From assembly GCF_009914755.1 (NCBI RefSeq), contig NC_060926.1: a DNA stretch of 64,000 nucleotides; one strand, given 5' to 3'. The translations under genes were made by a program, and so were the position numbers. Within the stretch, counting starts at the first letter, position 1. Each line of letters begins with the position of its first letter. The notes under the pieces are model-generated. The model was not told the DNA's origin, made no database searches, and saw only the letters and a list, made by a program, of their open reading frames with translations. Shown piece after piece: positions 27,433 through 41,835 of the stretch. The stretch is from the human T2T-CHM13v2.0 reference genome, Homo sapiens.

Positions 27433-28195
27433 GCCATTTTCCAGAGAAGCCAAACCAATAGGATAAATATAGTTATACAATAAGTCCTCACTTAACTTTG
27501 TTGATAGGTTCTTTAAGCAAAACAATGTACAGCAGGTCTTCAAATAAGGTTGTTTCCTGTTTCTTTCAATGTTGGTTGTTTCATTATAATGTTGATGAGA
27601 AGAAAAACATTGGCTTTGTTATACATATTTTTGCTTAAGCTCATATTTTCCAAGAATTTACTAATGATATTAAATGAGAATTTACTGTAGATAAGAGAAG
27701 ATATATTATGATAATTGAGTCATGCAATTATGGGGGCTGAGAAGTCCCACAACGTGCTGTCTGCAAGCTGGAGGCTCAGAAAACTTGATAGTATAATTCA
27801 GTCTGAGTCCAAAAGCCTGAGAACCAGGGAAGCTAATGATGCCTCTCCCAGTTTAAGGCCAAAGGCCTGAGAACCAGAAAGTGGGAGCAGGCACTGGTGT
27901 CCCCAAGTCTGAAGGCTGAAGGACCAGGTGCTCTGATGTCCAAGAGCAGAAGATGGATGTCCCAGCACAAGAAAACAGATGAAGCACTAGCCCTTTCTCT
28001 TTTTGTTCTATCCAAATTATTAGTGGATTGGGTGATGCCCACCAACATTGGTGAGAGCAGATCTTCTTTACTGAGTGTACTGATTCAAATACTAGTTTAT
28101 TCCAAAACCATACTCACAGACACACCCAGAAATGTTTTTCCAGCTGTCTGGCATCCCTTAACCCAGTCACGTTGATAAAAAAGTCAGATATCACA
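27433..28195 (-). mobile_element. MLT2B-type ERV-L solo LTR, interrupted by MER6B
   Basis: ccagagaagccaaaccaatagga...ggctgagaagtcccac...ctcacagacacacccagaaat...atatcaca. Confidence 0.9.
27478..27687. mobile_element. MER6B-like TcMar-Tigger MITE (210 bp), TA TSD
   Basis: TA|caataagtcctcacttaac ... attaaatgagaatttactg|TA, with decayed terminal inverted repeats. Confidence 0.8.
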
Positions 28196-28370
28196 ATTAT
28201 TATTTATATAATCTTCATCAAATTGTTCTCTCTCAAAATATGTTTTTACTTAGTATTCACAATATCATGGTAATATTCTTTCCTAACTAGTGATGCCAAA
28301 CATCTGCGAATCAAATTACATGAATCTATTTTCCTAATATCCTCCTTCACATCTTAATATTAATGCAATC

Positions 28371-28676
<306 letters not shown>

Positions 28677-29489
28677 TTGTTTCCTTTTTTTGACTTTATT
28701 TGCAATAATTTATCTTTAGTGATATACTTTTTAAACACAGATTATCTCCAGCTCTTGTTTTTCAACTTTTATCTCTTTTTCATTTTCACATTAGGACAAG
28801 AGTGTTTTCTTTTTCTAAAATGCAAAACCAAAGTCATCTTTCAAGAAAAAAATTTTTCAAAAATTTCCTGTTGCATATAGACAAAAGATCAAAATTTTCT
28901 AGCCTAGGATGTAAGACCCACAGGCACAACATTCTGGCCTGGTCTACTAGCCTCTTTCACTTTATGTTAAAAATGTAATGAATTGTATCAGTTTCTTAGT
29001 CATGTCAAGTACTTTCATACTTTTTCCTAGGCTAAAGGAGAAGGCCATGTGGCTCTCTAGAAGAGACCTAGATAGATTTTGAAAACAACAACTTTGTGGC
29101 CTGGGTTAGGTCCTTGATACTGAAACCTAATTACGGGGACTGACAATCACTTTGTTTCTGGTAATTTCCTAAATACAGTTGGATGATGGGTTTTTATAAG
29201 AATCTTAAATCCTACCTCACAACCATTATCACATGAGTTGATCCAACAATTTATCCTATAACAAAAGGAACAGGACAGAACAACTTTAATCTAATCACAG
29301 TTAACATTTTCCATTTTCTGATCAATAGAATTCAGCAATAACACAAACCTGAATCACCAGATTGATATACTCTGCCCTTCCATAAAATGGGGCTGATTGC
29401 AAAAGAGAAAAAATTAATTAAAATAAATGTCCCTGGGAGCAGTTATTAACTAGGTTATAGTATTCTCTACTGGAAAATGCTCAAGAAAA

Positions 29490-29900
29490 ATTAGACGAGG
29501 TCATTTTGTGACTGTGGTGGAACAAGATAAATGAAAGACCATTTTGTAATCATGCCCAAATATTATAGAAAAGAAGGACTCTATACCACCGTAAAATGAT
29601 CAAACCATTTCTTCTTCTGGCTGAAATGAATTACTGCTTTTTCATTACCAATGAGAAACCTGGCTGCAAGTACTTACACCCACCTCTTAGACATAAATTA
29701 TTTGGAGATCCAGTCATCAAATTGCCCTCACTTTCTGTCAGCACTGAATTCTTGAACTCTCTTCCAATCAGCTAATTAACACACTGTAATTTTTTCTTAC
29801 CAAGAAGACCCTTTGTATGTAATTCCTCTTGGTGTAGATAATTAATATAGTTAACTCTGCTTAAACACAGTCAATATATTTGTGGCACTCTTTGCACATT
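29490..29900 (+). mobile_element. Probable old LTR remnant (family not assigned)
   Basis: CCAAT elements, cagtcatcaaattgccctcactttct and a U5-like ttaactctgcttaaacacag...tgtggcactctttg end. Confidence 0.35.
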
Positions 29901-30348
29901 GGAATTAAACAAATCTTCATTCCTTTTTCTTCTTTACTCCTATACCCAATCAATCATAGTTTCTTTCAATTGTTCTTAAATTTCAGATATTTCAGTTTTC
30001 CATCTCCATTAACTCATTGTAACCACCTGATTCATCCCATATCCATTTTTTTCTGATTTATTAATCCCTAAAAGATCTCCCTAAACTTGAGGTTTGACCC
30101 CTCTGCAATGCAGTGAAAATGAGTGTGATAGCTATTTTTTTTGTGTGTGTCAACTTTACCAGGTTACTGAAAGAACTGGTAAAATCATTATTTCTGGCTG
30201 TGTCTGTGAGAATATTTCTGGAAAAGATGAATGTTTGAATCAGGAGACTGAGTACAGAACATCTTCCCTCATCAATATGGGCAGGCATCATCCAATCTGT
30301 TGAGGACAAAAAAAAAAAAAACAAAAAAATTTGGAGGAAGTCTGAATT

Positions 30349-30836
30349 TGAAGTAGGAGATGGGACTCAACTCCAAAGGTGGGGCTTGAACATGGGACCA
30401 AATTGAGGACTAGCTAAAACAGGTCAGGAGTGGAAACAGCTTTCCTAAACACACGCCTACCAGTATGCCATGAGAGTTTACCATTGCCATGGCAACACCC
30501 AGAAGTTACCACCCCTTTCCATGACAATGACCCAACAATCTGGAAGTTACCACCCTTTTCCCAGAAATTTCTGTATAAACTGCCCCCTAATTTGCATATA
30601 ATTAAAATTGGATATAAATACTGCAGAACTGCCTCTGTGCTGCTACTCTGGCCACACTGCCTACGGGGTATCCCTGCTCCACAAGGAGCAGTGCTTCTGC
30701 TGCTGCTTCAGTACACTGCTGCTTCAATAAAAGTTGCTTTTTAATACCACTGGCTTGCCCTTGAATTCTTTCCTGGGTTAAACCAAGAACTCTTCTGGGC
30801 TTAGCTGTCATTTTGGGGCTTGCCTGTCCTGCAGCA
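30349..30836 (+). mobile_element. MER41-family solo LTR (ERV1; C/D/E-like) with 4-bp TSD AATT
   Basis: TG...CA ends; aatt at 30345-30348 and 30837-30840; ggaccaaattgaggactagctaaaacagg and aataaaagttgc match recalled MER41. Confidence 0.88.
30484..30731 (+). promoter_or_regulatory. Motif cluster in MER41 LTR: RFX X-box palindrome, GAS, octamer, TATA, polyA signal
   Basis: ttgccatggcaa 30484-30495; TTCCCAGAA 30558-30566; ATTTGCAT 30590-30597; TATAAA 30613-30618; AATAAA 30726-30731. Motifs are seen; activity is not shown. Confidence 0.55.
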
Positions 30837-31329
30837 AATTCATTGTCTCTCCTTAAGCTGGAACATTCATCTTCTCTTGCCTTCACCCATGGGCAGTTCT
30901 TGATTATTAGGAGTTCAGCCTTAGACAGGGAGTTACGCCACTGACTCCTGTGATTCTCAGACCTTCAGACTTAGACTGAATTATGCCACTAGCTTTCCTG
31001 GGTCTCCAGCTTGCAGATGGCATATCATGGGGATTCTCAAGCCTCCATAATCACATGAGCCGATACAATCATGAATGGCTTAACAGCAAGGATACATTGT
31101 TAGGGAATTTCATCATTGTGGAAACATTACCAAATGTACTTACATAAACCTAGGTGGTATAGCATACTACACAGCAATAGATTCAGCCTATTGCTCCCAG
31201 GCTACAAATCTACACAGCACGTTACTGTACTGAATACTGTAAGCAATTGTAACACAAAGGTATTTGTGTATCTAAACAGACACAAACATAGAAAAGGTAC
31301 AATAAAAATACAATATAAAAGTGAAAATG

Positions 31330-31787
<458 letters not shown>

Positions 31788-32349
31788 TTAGTCTACACTA
31801 AATTTATTTTAAAAATTTTCTTTCATCTATAATAAGTTAACCTTAGCTTACTGTCATGTTTTTACATTAAAACCTCTTTATGTAACTTTTTTGACTCTTT
31901 GGTAGTAACATGTAGCTTAAAACACAAATACATTGTATAGTTGTAGAAAATATTTTCTTTATGTTGTTATTCTATATGCTTTTTTGTTTTTTTTAGTTTT
32001 TTTATTCTTTGTAAAATTTTTTGTTGAAACTAAGACACAAACATACACATGAGCCTGGACCTACGCAGGATCAGGGTTATTAACATTACTGCCTTCCATC
32101 TCCACATCTTGTCTTACTGAAGGTTTGTAGTGGCAAAACCATGTCTGGCGCTGTTGTCTCCTATGATAACAATGCCTTCTGTAAAACCTCCTGAAGGACC
32201 TGCCTAAGGCTCTTCTTAAGGAGGTGTCACACTTTTCAAAAATATGTCCATGGTGGTTTGCTTGGTTTCTTTGTTTCATGATATATTTACTTCTTGGCAC
32301 AAAATGTACCATTTTTCTCTATTAATTACAACCTTTTGCTGTTGAAGTC

Positions 32350-33144
32350 CATGTTTTTAAACTTTTCAAGGAGATTGCTGAGGTCTAAGAAAAATTCTGC
32401 TAAACCATTCACTATGAATTTGGGGGGACTATCCTTTTACTTTTTCTTTTTCTTCTCTTGCAGTTTTCTTTTCTTTTGTCTATTCTTCAGCTATCCATTC
32501 CTGTTCCAGTTCCAACAACTCCTCATTAGTCAGTTTCTCAAGAACCACCTCTAAGAGCTCCTCAATTCATCCTCACCCACACCCAAGTTAAATTTGTCTG
32601 CCATCTCAATCATAGCCTTATTTCTTTTTGCAACCTCATCATCCTTGACAAATCCTTTGAAGTCATGAACAAACTTCTTGTGTGTCTTCTTCCACATGCC
32701 ATTAATGCGATCTTTGGTGACGTCATCCTAAACCCAAGCAAGGTTCTCAGTCATAGATGTCCTTCCACAATTGCATTAGTGTCTTCTCAGTGTCTTCCTT
32801 AGTTGCAGCAATAGCCTGGTTAAAAATCTTCCTCAGGTAGTAATCTTTAAAAGCTGCTATAGCTTATTAATTCATTGGTTGGATCAAAGTGGTTTCTGCC
32901 TCCAAACACCATTTCGATGTTGGGATGAAGATTACCAATACAAGGAGGATATTCAGGAGCATTATCAACAATAAGCAAAATATTGAAAGCTATGTTATTC
33001 TCCAAAGAATACTTTTCCATTTTGCTGGCATAGCAATTCAAGAGGGCATCTTAGAAGAGGAGCTGACTCCCCTATGTCTTCTTATTGCTCCTGTGGTAAA
33101 CTGGCAGTGAGTGCCTACTGATATGCTGGAAGGCCTGTTTTGTT

Positions 33145-33182
<38 letters not shown>

Positions 33183-33910
33183 ACTGTGCCAAATCATAAA
33201 GGGCTTCAATTTACAGCCAGCATCATTGCTCCCCAAATAAGACGTTATTTTGTCCTTAAAAGCCCTGAAACCTGGCATTGATTTGGTCTTCTTATAAATG
33301 AAAGTCTTTTCAGTCATCCACTTCCAGAACAGAGAATTTTCATTCTCATTGAAGATCTGGCAGGTAATTTTCCTCCACAATCAGTTTATCTAGTTTCCAA
33401 ACATTCCTTACCTGCCTTCACATTTGAACTCACAGACTCACCACTCACTTTCAAATTATGTAATTAATAACAATTCTTGAATTGTTTAAGCCACCCAGAG
33501 CTAAGAATAAATTCAATATCATAGGTGGGTTCAGCTTTTTCTTTCAACATCGCAAAGAACCTTTCTGCTTTGGCTGTGATTGTAATCGTGCTGAGAGAGA
33601 TACACTTCTATGTCTAGTCTTCAATCCAGGTGATTAGAAGTTTCTCCATATCTGATATAGGCCGTTCTCAAATTGTTGTTACTCTCATTGCCTTCAATAA
33701 AACAGATCCTTTAACAGCTTCTGTCATTTTGTTCTTGCTCTTCAAGATTATAGCCATTGTGGAAAGGGATGTGCCTGACTTGTGTGTAATAATCATCACT
33801 GACTTTTTTCACCTTTGTAGTTCTTAATCACCTTTTATTTTCAGGTCAATCACTCAATTGGGCCTCTTACTGGCAACATTAGCAGTGAGTTTTGCATGCT
33901 GGGAGGCCAT
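32350..33910 (-). pseudogene. Decayed Tigger3 pogo-family DDD transposase
   Basis: ORF fragments QIFNENENSLFWKWM...SMPGFRAFKDKIT...CKLKPFMIWHS (33072-33380) and NILLIVDNAPEYP (32847-33041); stops and frameshifts throughout. Boundaries approximate. Confidence 0.85.
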
Positions 33911-34419
33911 GATAAACAAAACTACATGAGATTAAATCAAGCACAAGAGGAAATGATGCAATCAAGAGACACAGAAAACAAGATATGTATGAAGCCACTG
34001 CCAATGTAACATGGCATACTCTTTCTCAGTGAACTTGTTTTAATAAGAAAAAGGAGTGTACTCTAAAATAACAATAAAAAGTATAGTATAGTAAATATGT
34101 AAACCAGTAACATAGCTATTTATTATCCTTATCATTATCAAGCATTATGTATTTTACATAACAATATATGCTTATATTTTCATATAACTGGCAGTACAGT
34201 AGATTTATTTACACGAGCATCACCGCAAACACATTAGTAATGCATTGAGCTATGACATTGAACTACCACGTCATCGGAAGATAGGAGTTTTTTTAGCTTC
34301 ATTATAATCTTATGGGACCACCACTATATATGCAGTATTTTATTGAACAAAATGTTATTATGCAGTGCATGACTGTATATATTCTACTGATTCTAACTCC
34401 AGAGAATCCTAATACAGTG

Positions 34420-34870
34420 CATTTCTATTCAAAATCCTCCTTAAAGCATATTCATGGTTTCCCCCTCCCCTCCAAATCTGATTTACAAAAAATGTTAAGA
34501 TCTGGGCTGTAATCACTTCTCCAACCTTTTTACTGGGCATCCTACCTTTGCTCTGTATACTCTAATCTTACTGATTATTTATAATTCCCTGTTTTCCTCA
34601 TGGTGTTGTTTACCTGTGGTCTATCTCTAAACTGTCCTCTCTCCATACCTTTCCTACCTATTTTTTAGATCTCAGTGTGTATATTACTGTCTTTAGAAAG
34701 ACGTTCCAGAGTATATATGGATCCCTCAAAATAATTGCTATATATCTATACATTATGTTACAAGCTTCTTCCCCAACTCCCCTTTTCCTCAACTCTTGCA
34801 ATTCTATGAGGGCAAAACTCTTGCTTTTCTTGATCACTTCAATGTTTACATCTGAAAGGATTCTTCTTTT
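34420..34870 (+). mobile_element. L2 3' region (probably continues 29930-30120 on the other side of the MLT2 nest)
   Basis: ttttttagatctcagtgt...attctatgagggcaaaactcttgcttttcttgatcact resembles the sense L2 3' end. Confidence 0.55.
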
Positions 34871-35306
34871 AATGCTTCTAAGTCCTTTGGAAAATGAATT
34901 CCACATTTTATTATATGTAATGTTAGTTAAAGTGATTAACAAACCTTTGTGTGAAAATAACTGGGTAAATATCTGGGACGTCACTTACTTATGGTGTAAA
35001 ATTTCACAAGTCATATAAATGTCGTAGGATTCTATTTACTTATCAAAAGAGATGAAAATATCTATCCCAGAGATATCATTTGAAATATTTAATTTAATAT
35101 GTTAATTTTTGTACATGTATAATATAAAAATTTACAGTATATGTAAATATATGTATGCAGAAATATAAAAGTGAGCTAGCTTAATCCTTTATTTTTTCTT
35201 ATTGATATTCACATGCACTTTTTTCCTTTTAGACAATTTGTATATTTTAGATTAATAACTCCTAAATATCTCTTTTCATCCCTGAAATATTTTCAATGAA
35301 ACTCCT

Positions 35307-36620
35307 CAATTCTCAAACTTTTTCTTTAAAAGATCCTTCTATTTTCATGAATATTATTGAGGACCGTAAAAGTATTTCGGGGTATGAGGAGAGAAATAAC
35401 TAATGGGTATTGGGCTTAATACCTAGGTGATGAAATAATCTGTACAACAAACCCCCATGACACAAGTTTACCTATGTAACAAACCTGCATTTGTGCCCCT
35501 GCACTTAAAATAAAAGTCAAAGAAGTATTTCATTTGTGTGGCCTATATTTATTAATATGTAGTGCATTGGAAATATATATTAAACAGTTTAAAAGTATTT
35601 ACTAATAGTTCATTCAAAAACTAGACTTACCCTTGAACCATATGTGTATGTAAATAACATTTTAAGAAAATAACTACCATGTGAAAAATAAAGAGGGGCT
35701 TTTTAATATTTTGAAAACTTTTTAAATATCTGGAATTGTGGAACAAAGCTGGAATTTCTATCTGCTCTGCATTCAACCTTTTGCAAATGCATCATTTCAT
35801 TTAAAATATATCAAGAAAAACAGCCTTTAACAGATAGATAGTAGGGTTAAAGATGAGTATTTTCAATAGACTTTTCAGATTATGTGGATATAATTCTTTG
35901 ATACTGTTCCAAAATTAACAAGCAGTGACTTCTTTGAGAGGCATGTTAAATATGATATCCATATCCATATTAATATTACATTAAAATCCATTGATCTGTC
36001 TTACAATTTGAATGGCCCCTTTTCTCATGCATGGTTTTGAAACATTATGCACTGGTCACTTGGGAAATATTGGTTCACTGAATAATAAAAATTTTCCAAT
36101 TATTAACATATTTTATTACACAAGGTAAAACATTACATTCATTAATATCACTACTATTCCCTTCAGTAAAGTCTCTTTAAGTACTGGGAAACTGTGAATG
36201 CCATAGTAGTGAATATGTTTTCCAAAATTTTAATTTTAGCTTAAAAGCTTACAGTTTATCATTGGCAAAACAGCTTCATTTTTTAAATGACAGTCTCACT
36301 TCATGTGTGTTTGAGATCTAAATAACCATGACTTTCCAAGTAAAAATGGTGTTCTTAAAAAAAACTTGTTTAGCTCATAACTCAACAATCAAATACATTC
36401 TTCTCCTAGAGAAAACTACCATAGTTCTATATGAAGAAGCTGGCTTCATTTATATCTTTCACTTTGTCTTTTAGACTATTAGAAAGATCTGTACTCAAGG
36501 ATCAGTATTTAATAAAATCAATTACTTTTATTGCTTTATCTAGAATGTTCTTAAGTAACAGTGACATTTTAAAAATTGCTATGATGTGATAGCAAAAAAT
36601 ACAATAATTATTAACAACTA
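35307..36620 (-). mobile_element. Charlie1-family hAT DNA transposon
   Basis: ttctcaaactttt terminus, attattgaggacc, and cttttcagattatgtggatataattctttgatact (antisense of the hAT dimerisation-domain coding region). Confidence 0.82.
35379..35520 (+). mobile_element. Short 5'-truncated older primate L1 3' end (L1PA13-16 class) with TSD, inserted in Charlie1
   Basis: ggcttaatacctaggtgatgaaataatctgtacaacaaacccccatgacacaagtttacctatgtaacaaacctgca; TSD aagtatttc at 35370-35378 and 35523-35531. Confidence 0.9.
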
Positions 36621-37679
36621 GGATGTACAGAGCTTTTCACTTAACTGAAATTGTAGTAGGACTACTGCTGAATTTACAGGCAAATTTGAGCCAGTCTACA
36701 GTACTGTACTTAACAGCATAATAGTTGGCAAAGTGTGTTAAGTAGAAAGCCCATGGAAGAAGATAAATTAAGAATCAGATAAAATACTTGAAAAAGTGTC
36801 AACACAAAGAGAGGCAATAAGACAGAAAAAACCCAAATATTCAAAGCAATTGATCAATAATTATAGGTAGCATACTAATGTTGGAAGGCCATTTGAAAGT
36901 AGAACTGAAGAGATTCTCTATGTTACTAGCTAGAAGCAAGCAGCCACTTATGAAGCAGAGAAGGAATCAATGTTAGTTGCATTGGTTCCAGTTTGCTGAC
37001 ACAAAGCAAGTGTGTGGAGATACAAAAGATTTAGAATGTTGAGCATGCTGGCAAGAATGTGTTAACAGTGTTGCACCCTGGAATGTAGACTGCATAAACT
37101 AAAAATAAAGCAATAAGAAGACTGGTGGATGGAGTTAGAAGCACTGGTTTAATGAGAAAAAAATCCTATATCAAGGTTTATTAACTTTTATAAATTCAGT
37201 AAATAACCACATTAATAAGAGTGGAGGAATGAAGCAACATAAAGGGATAGTCTACAGGAGGTTTGCAGGGTGAATAAATGTTGTGGCTGAGCTGCTGGAC
37301 AGGTAGGTCACTTACATAAATGTTACACTTTTCCAAAATTAAAACTTTACTTGGATTAGAGAGAAAAGCTATCAACTTAGTTCCAAAGCTATTCAATGCT
37401 GGTAAACATGGAGGGCAGAAAGCAAGCAGATAATATTAAAAAAATAAAGACAAAGATATAAACAAACATAAGTATAAAACAAAGAGAAGTTTTTATATTT
37501 ATATTAGAGGAATGCGAAGAGTTTGAAACCCATAGTGGGAAATAAGGAGTGTGCAGATACTTGTTCTGTAGCCTAGGAACTGGGGTCAGTGAACAAGATC
37601 TACATGAGCATATTTATGAGAAAATGCTGTTCTGGGAGAGCCAGGTTCGTTATGGGAAGAAAGACTATATATAAGAGTG

Positions 37680-37729
<50 letters not shown>

Positions 37730-37735
37730 GAGAGA
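37680..37735. repeat. Compound (TA)n(GA)n microsatellite
   Basis: Read directly from the sequence. Confidence 0.97.
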
Positions 37736-39971
37736 CTATCGGAATATATATAACAATGAAAGTTGCTTTGTGAAGAAATTATTTATAGAGGTATTAACTT
37801 ACAGAAGGCACAAAAAATGAAATGTCATCTACAGACGAAGAAAGGGGGCATGTAGGAGAATATAGGAGCATACATAAAATTATGTGATAATATTGACTGG
37901 AATTGACTGGAGCAGTTTACATTTTGGAAAGTGGTTGATGTTTACAAGGATGAGTACGATCATGAATTTACCTGGCCCCAAGATGCATGCAGAGCCCAGG
38001 AAGGCAGGTGAGAATAATGAGTGTTCCAACTGCAATACTGGTGAAAAATTTTTTGGAAGCTCTTGAAGAAAACAATTATAGTGTGAAGTGACAAGGATAA
38101 ACCTGTTCTTATATCATTTTTCTAGGTGTTTGTCAGATGAAATATACTAGTTCCAAGGAAACTCACTGTCCAGGGAATTAGTCACTTAAGTTCATAAGCA
38201 ATAATAAACTCATGATAAAAAATTACTCAGATGCATTCTTGGTTCTGTTTTTAATTTCCTGGTCTCATTTATCTGGCTGTTGAGTATGATTTCATATTCA
38301 AGTGATAGTTTGGACTATCACTACAAAGATGGTGTTAAAATGAGACTAGGGCATTAGCACATACATGTTAAAATGTATTGACTAGTGATTAGTAAGCATA
38401 AATTACTGATTAATTCACAAATGGGCACACAGTTGGAATACTGGAAGAAGGAATCCATCAAAAGTGAGACAAAATTATCATTTCGGGGCTTAAAAATAAT
38501 GTACTATTTTTAATCACCTTAATAAAACAAAAAATTCCACTGAGTTAAATAATGAAGTTAAATCTTTGGCCAAGTTAATAAAGTGACCTATAATAGTAGT
38601 TATATAATATGACTGTTACCCAATAAATTATTAACTAAATATTTATCTGTAAATTTCAGAAATGCAGTATCAGTATCTAACAGTTTTGTTTTAACACGAG
38701 TGCTTTCAGTGCTAAGTATATATTTCCCCCTTGCTTATAGAACTATTGATATATAAAAATTTTTAGATGAATCTCTCCTCCAGGAATTATAAAATAATAT
38801 TAGCATAGCATATGAAAGGTCTTACAGCATTTTCCTCTATAGTCCTAAAAAATTTCTTGATTTCTTTTCTGTGCACTTCAAGCCTTTGCCTATTGATAAA
38901 TTAAGAGTTTATAATAAAAATTAAAATATGTATCTGTAAAAAATTCCCATGGAGTTTACATTTTCATTAACTATAACATAACATCATTTCTAAGGGACCT
39001 CAATAACACTAAATTTGACCACAAGCTTTCATAAGGAGAAGAAATAATTTTTGATGTAATGTTTCTTTTTATTTGAAACCCATTTAGTTATTGCTCAGAG
39101 TGAGAAACTAAGTCCTTATCACTAGGAAATTGGTTTCCATAATCAGAATATGAATCAACAACATGGATTACATATTTATTATATAGTCTGAGAGAATAAT
39201 TTAGTACTTAATTTATGCCCAGATGTCAGAATACTGTAAAATGTAAGAATGTAAATAATTTTTTAAAGTCAGCCTTTATTGTTATACATTCCACTTATTT
39301 CATTGTTCTTATGCCAGTTCCAGAACATGACATTTGACTCCTGGAGGGAGGACACATTATGAAATCAATGTGTTTTCTGAACAGTCACCATTTAACTTTC
39401 TCAGAATATATTATTTTTACTATCACTATAGGCAATCAAAATTAAATTTCCCGTGGGTATTTTTAACTGCCATATTAGAATATACAAGAGTAGTTTTCTG
39501 ACAAGAGAGATTACAATAATGATATCTGAATTTCATTTTGATTATGACAGATGTTTCTGAGACAAAAGAGGAATGCTAAATGAGTCTTTGGATATTATCA
39601 TTATAATTTCACCTATTGCAATATTTGAAGTGTCTGTAGTGCAGATACAGAAAGAGAGAATACATATTCACTACAAATATCTACATAGCATATTATTGTA
39701 CTATCTTCCTAAAATGTACTTTACCCCTTGCTGGCTTGATTAAGCTTCCTAGCTGGCAATAACAATAAAATAGCATGGGTAAATACACATTAACATTTTC
39801 TTGTCAATTATTTATCAATCAATGTGAACTTATTTATTAATCAATATGGACTTATTAAATCCAATGCAAACAGTTATGCTGTTTTTAATCAAGACATGGC
39901 TTTTAATCTATGATTTGGTGCAAATTTAGAAAGGCAACGACTTGGCTTTTACATTTCTCTGAAGTATTATA

Positions 39972-40315
39972 CAGTAACCCCCCCGCCGTTATCTGAGGTT
40001 TTGCTTTCCACTGTTTCAGTTACCTGCATTCAACTGTTGTCCAAAAATAGGTAAGTTTAGTACAATAAGATATTTTGAGAGAGACAAAAACCACATTTAC
40101 ATAACTTTTATTACAGTACATTGTATAATTGTTCCATTTTATTAATATTGTTTTTAATATCTTAATGTGTCTAATTTATAATTTAAACTTTATTATAGGT
40201 ATATATGCACAGGAAAAAAGAAAACATATTATATATATCGTTCAGCACTATCAATGGTTCCAGGCATCCACTGAGAGTCTTGGAACATATCTCTTGTAGA
40301 TAAGGGGGACTGCTA
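39972..40315 (+). mobile_element. MER44A (Tigger7-derived MITE), TA TSD
   Basis: TA|cagtaaccccc...ttatctgaggttttgctttcc...caggcatccactg...gataagggggactgcta|TA. Confidence 0.88.
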
Positions 40316-41399
40316 TATTACAAAACTTGGCACTTTCTAAACGAAGTAGGTCTCAGATTTGGTTTAGTGTGAATTGTTTATCTCTCTTTCATCAAGAGTG
40401 CCTCTAATATAGTAATGTTCCAAATTTTCAAAGTTATAGTCTATTAAAATACATTTTTAACATGATTCTAATTACATGAATCACCTTTGAAAACAGGTTC
40501 CAAGGTGTTTTAGGCCACAATAAAAAAATTGTAGATAAATCTGAAAAACAGCTGAAATTTTTATCCTTTTACCTCTATTACTGCTGTTGCTTTAATTTGA
40601 TTTTTTTTAGGAGGAATTATTCAGATGTTGCAGCCACAAATAAGACAGATGGCACAAAAATTGGTTTAAACAATAAATACAATGATGACTTAGTTTAAAT
40701 GTAATACGTGTTGGTTATTCATCAAATTCTATTTAAAAAGTACCTGGGTTACAAAAGCATTATCTTTCTAGAACATGTAATAATAGGTATAGTATGACTA
40801 ATACATTCATATGCAATTATTATAGAGTACAATTTTTACATTTAAACTGCTCCCAGATATAATAGCATACTTTTGTTACAGGCAAAATACTATTCATTCA
40901 AATGGTGTAATTCAACAATTCCCGAGGACCATCTAGACAACATGGCCCTATGCCTTAACAGCTTTCAATTTCCAGTGAAGATCTAAAATATACTGCTAAT
41001 TTCCATAGATGTAAACCATTAACAACACACATGAAATAAAACAAAGTTAGATTTATTCATTTGCTGCAGGATGAGAGAATACCTAGCCATGAAACTGGAT
41101 GGTGCCTCTGCAAGGAGCTAAGATGGTCTTGTTACAGGATGTGGCTTTAGCTGAGTGATTCTCGGGAGACATTCTCTGGAGAGATTCGCTGGAGTCTGTT
41201 GTGAATTGGGTGCTATTAGGAAGGGGAACAGTCTTCACAGTTTCCCTAAGCAGAAGCATGCTCCTCTTAATAAACCCAAACCTCTAAACTCTCACGATGT
41301 AAAAGTGCACAGACAGCATGCATTAAATTTCACACATTGGTGGTGTGGCTAAGGGTGATAGTGAGAGTTCCAATCCTATTTCTATCATCGACTACAAAT

Positions 41400-41835
41400 C
41401 CTGTGCATTGTAACTATATGGTGCCTAGCCCTGTTTATATCAACTATAGGTTTAGTACATATACTACATTCTGGAAGACAGTACCCACAGGCTGTCATTC
41501 CTGAGCTGGCCACTTAGCCAAGGCCCTATTATTATACTATGTGGCTAGCTGCATCTGAATGATTCACTGTATGGAAATAGCCGTGGGTTGTTTGTTCATA
41601 TGCCTATTGTCACACCTTCTTTGCAATGAAACCAGACATCTCACTGAAGGATGTCATACTGGTTTAGAGGCCATCTGTTAGCCTTCAGACAGTGGTACTG
41701 GCAGAATCACTCTAGGAAGAAGACAAAACTATGTCTGAAATATTTATCAGTTTCAGTAAGGATAAATTGCAGCCCCATTAGGGTGGAAGGAGATCAAATA
41801 TAGTCAAACTTCCACCCAATGGCTGGCTAGTTCAG
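41400..41835 (-). mobile_element. ERV-L class internal fragment (integrase core remnant)
   Basis: The minus strand from about 41830 resembles the ERV-L integrase WQVDYIGPLP...FILTGIDTYSG region (tggaagtttgactatatttgatctccttccacc...tttatccttactgaaactgataaatatttcag). Confidence 0.65.

Noticed and set aside
36640-37660. Possible old ERVL/LTR remnants (also about 17530-18110, 40960-41350 and 60790-61140)
   Set aside because: Composition suggests ancient LTR elements, but I cannot match them to a family with enough confidence to list them.
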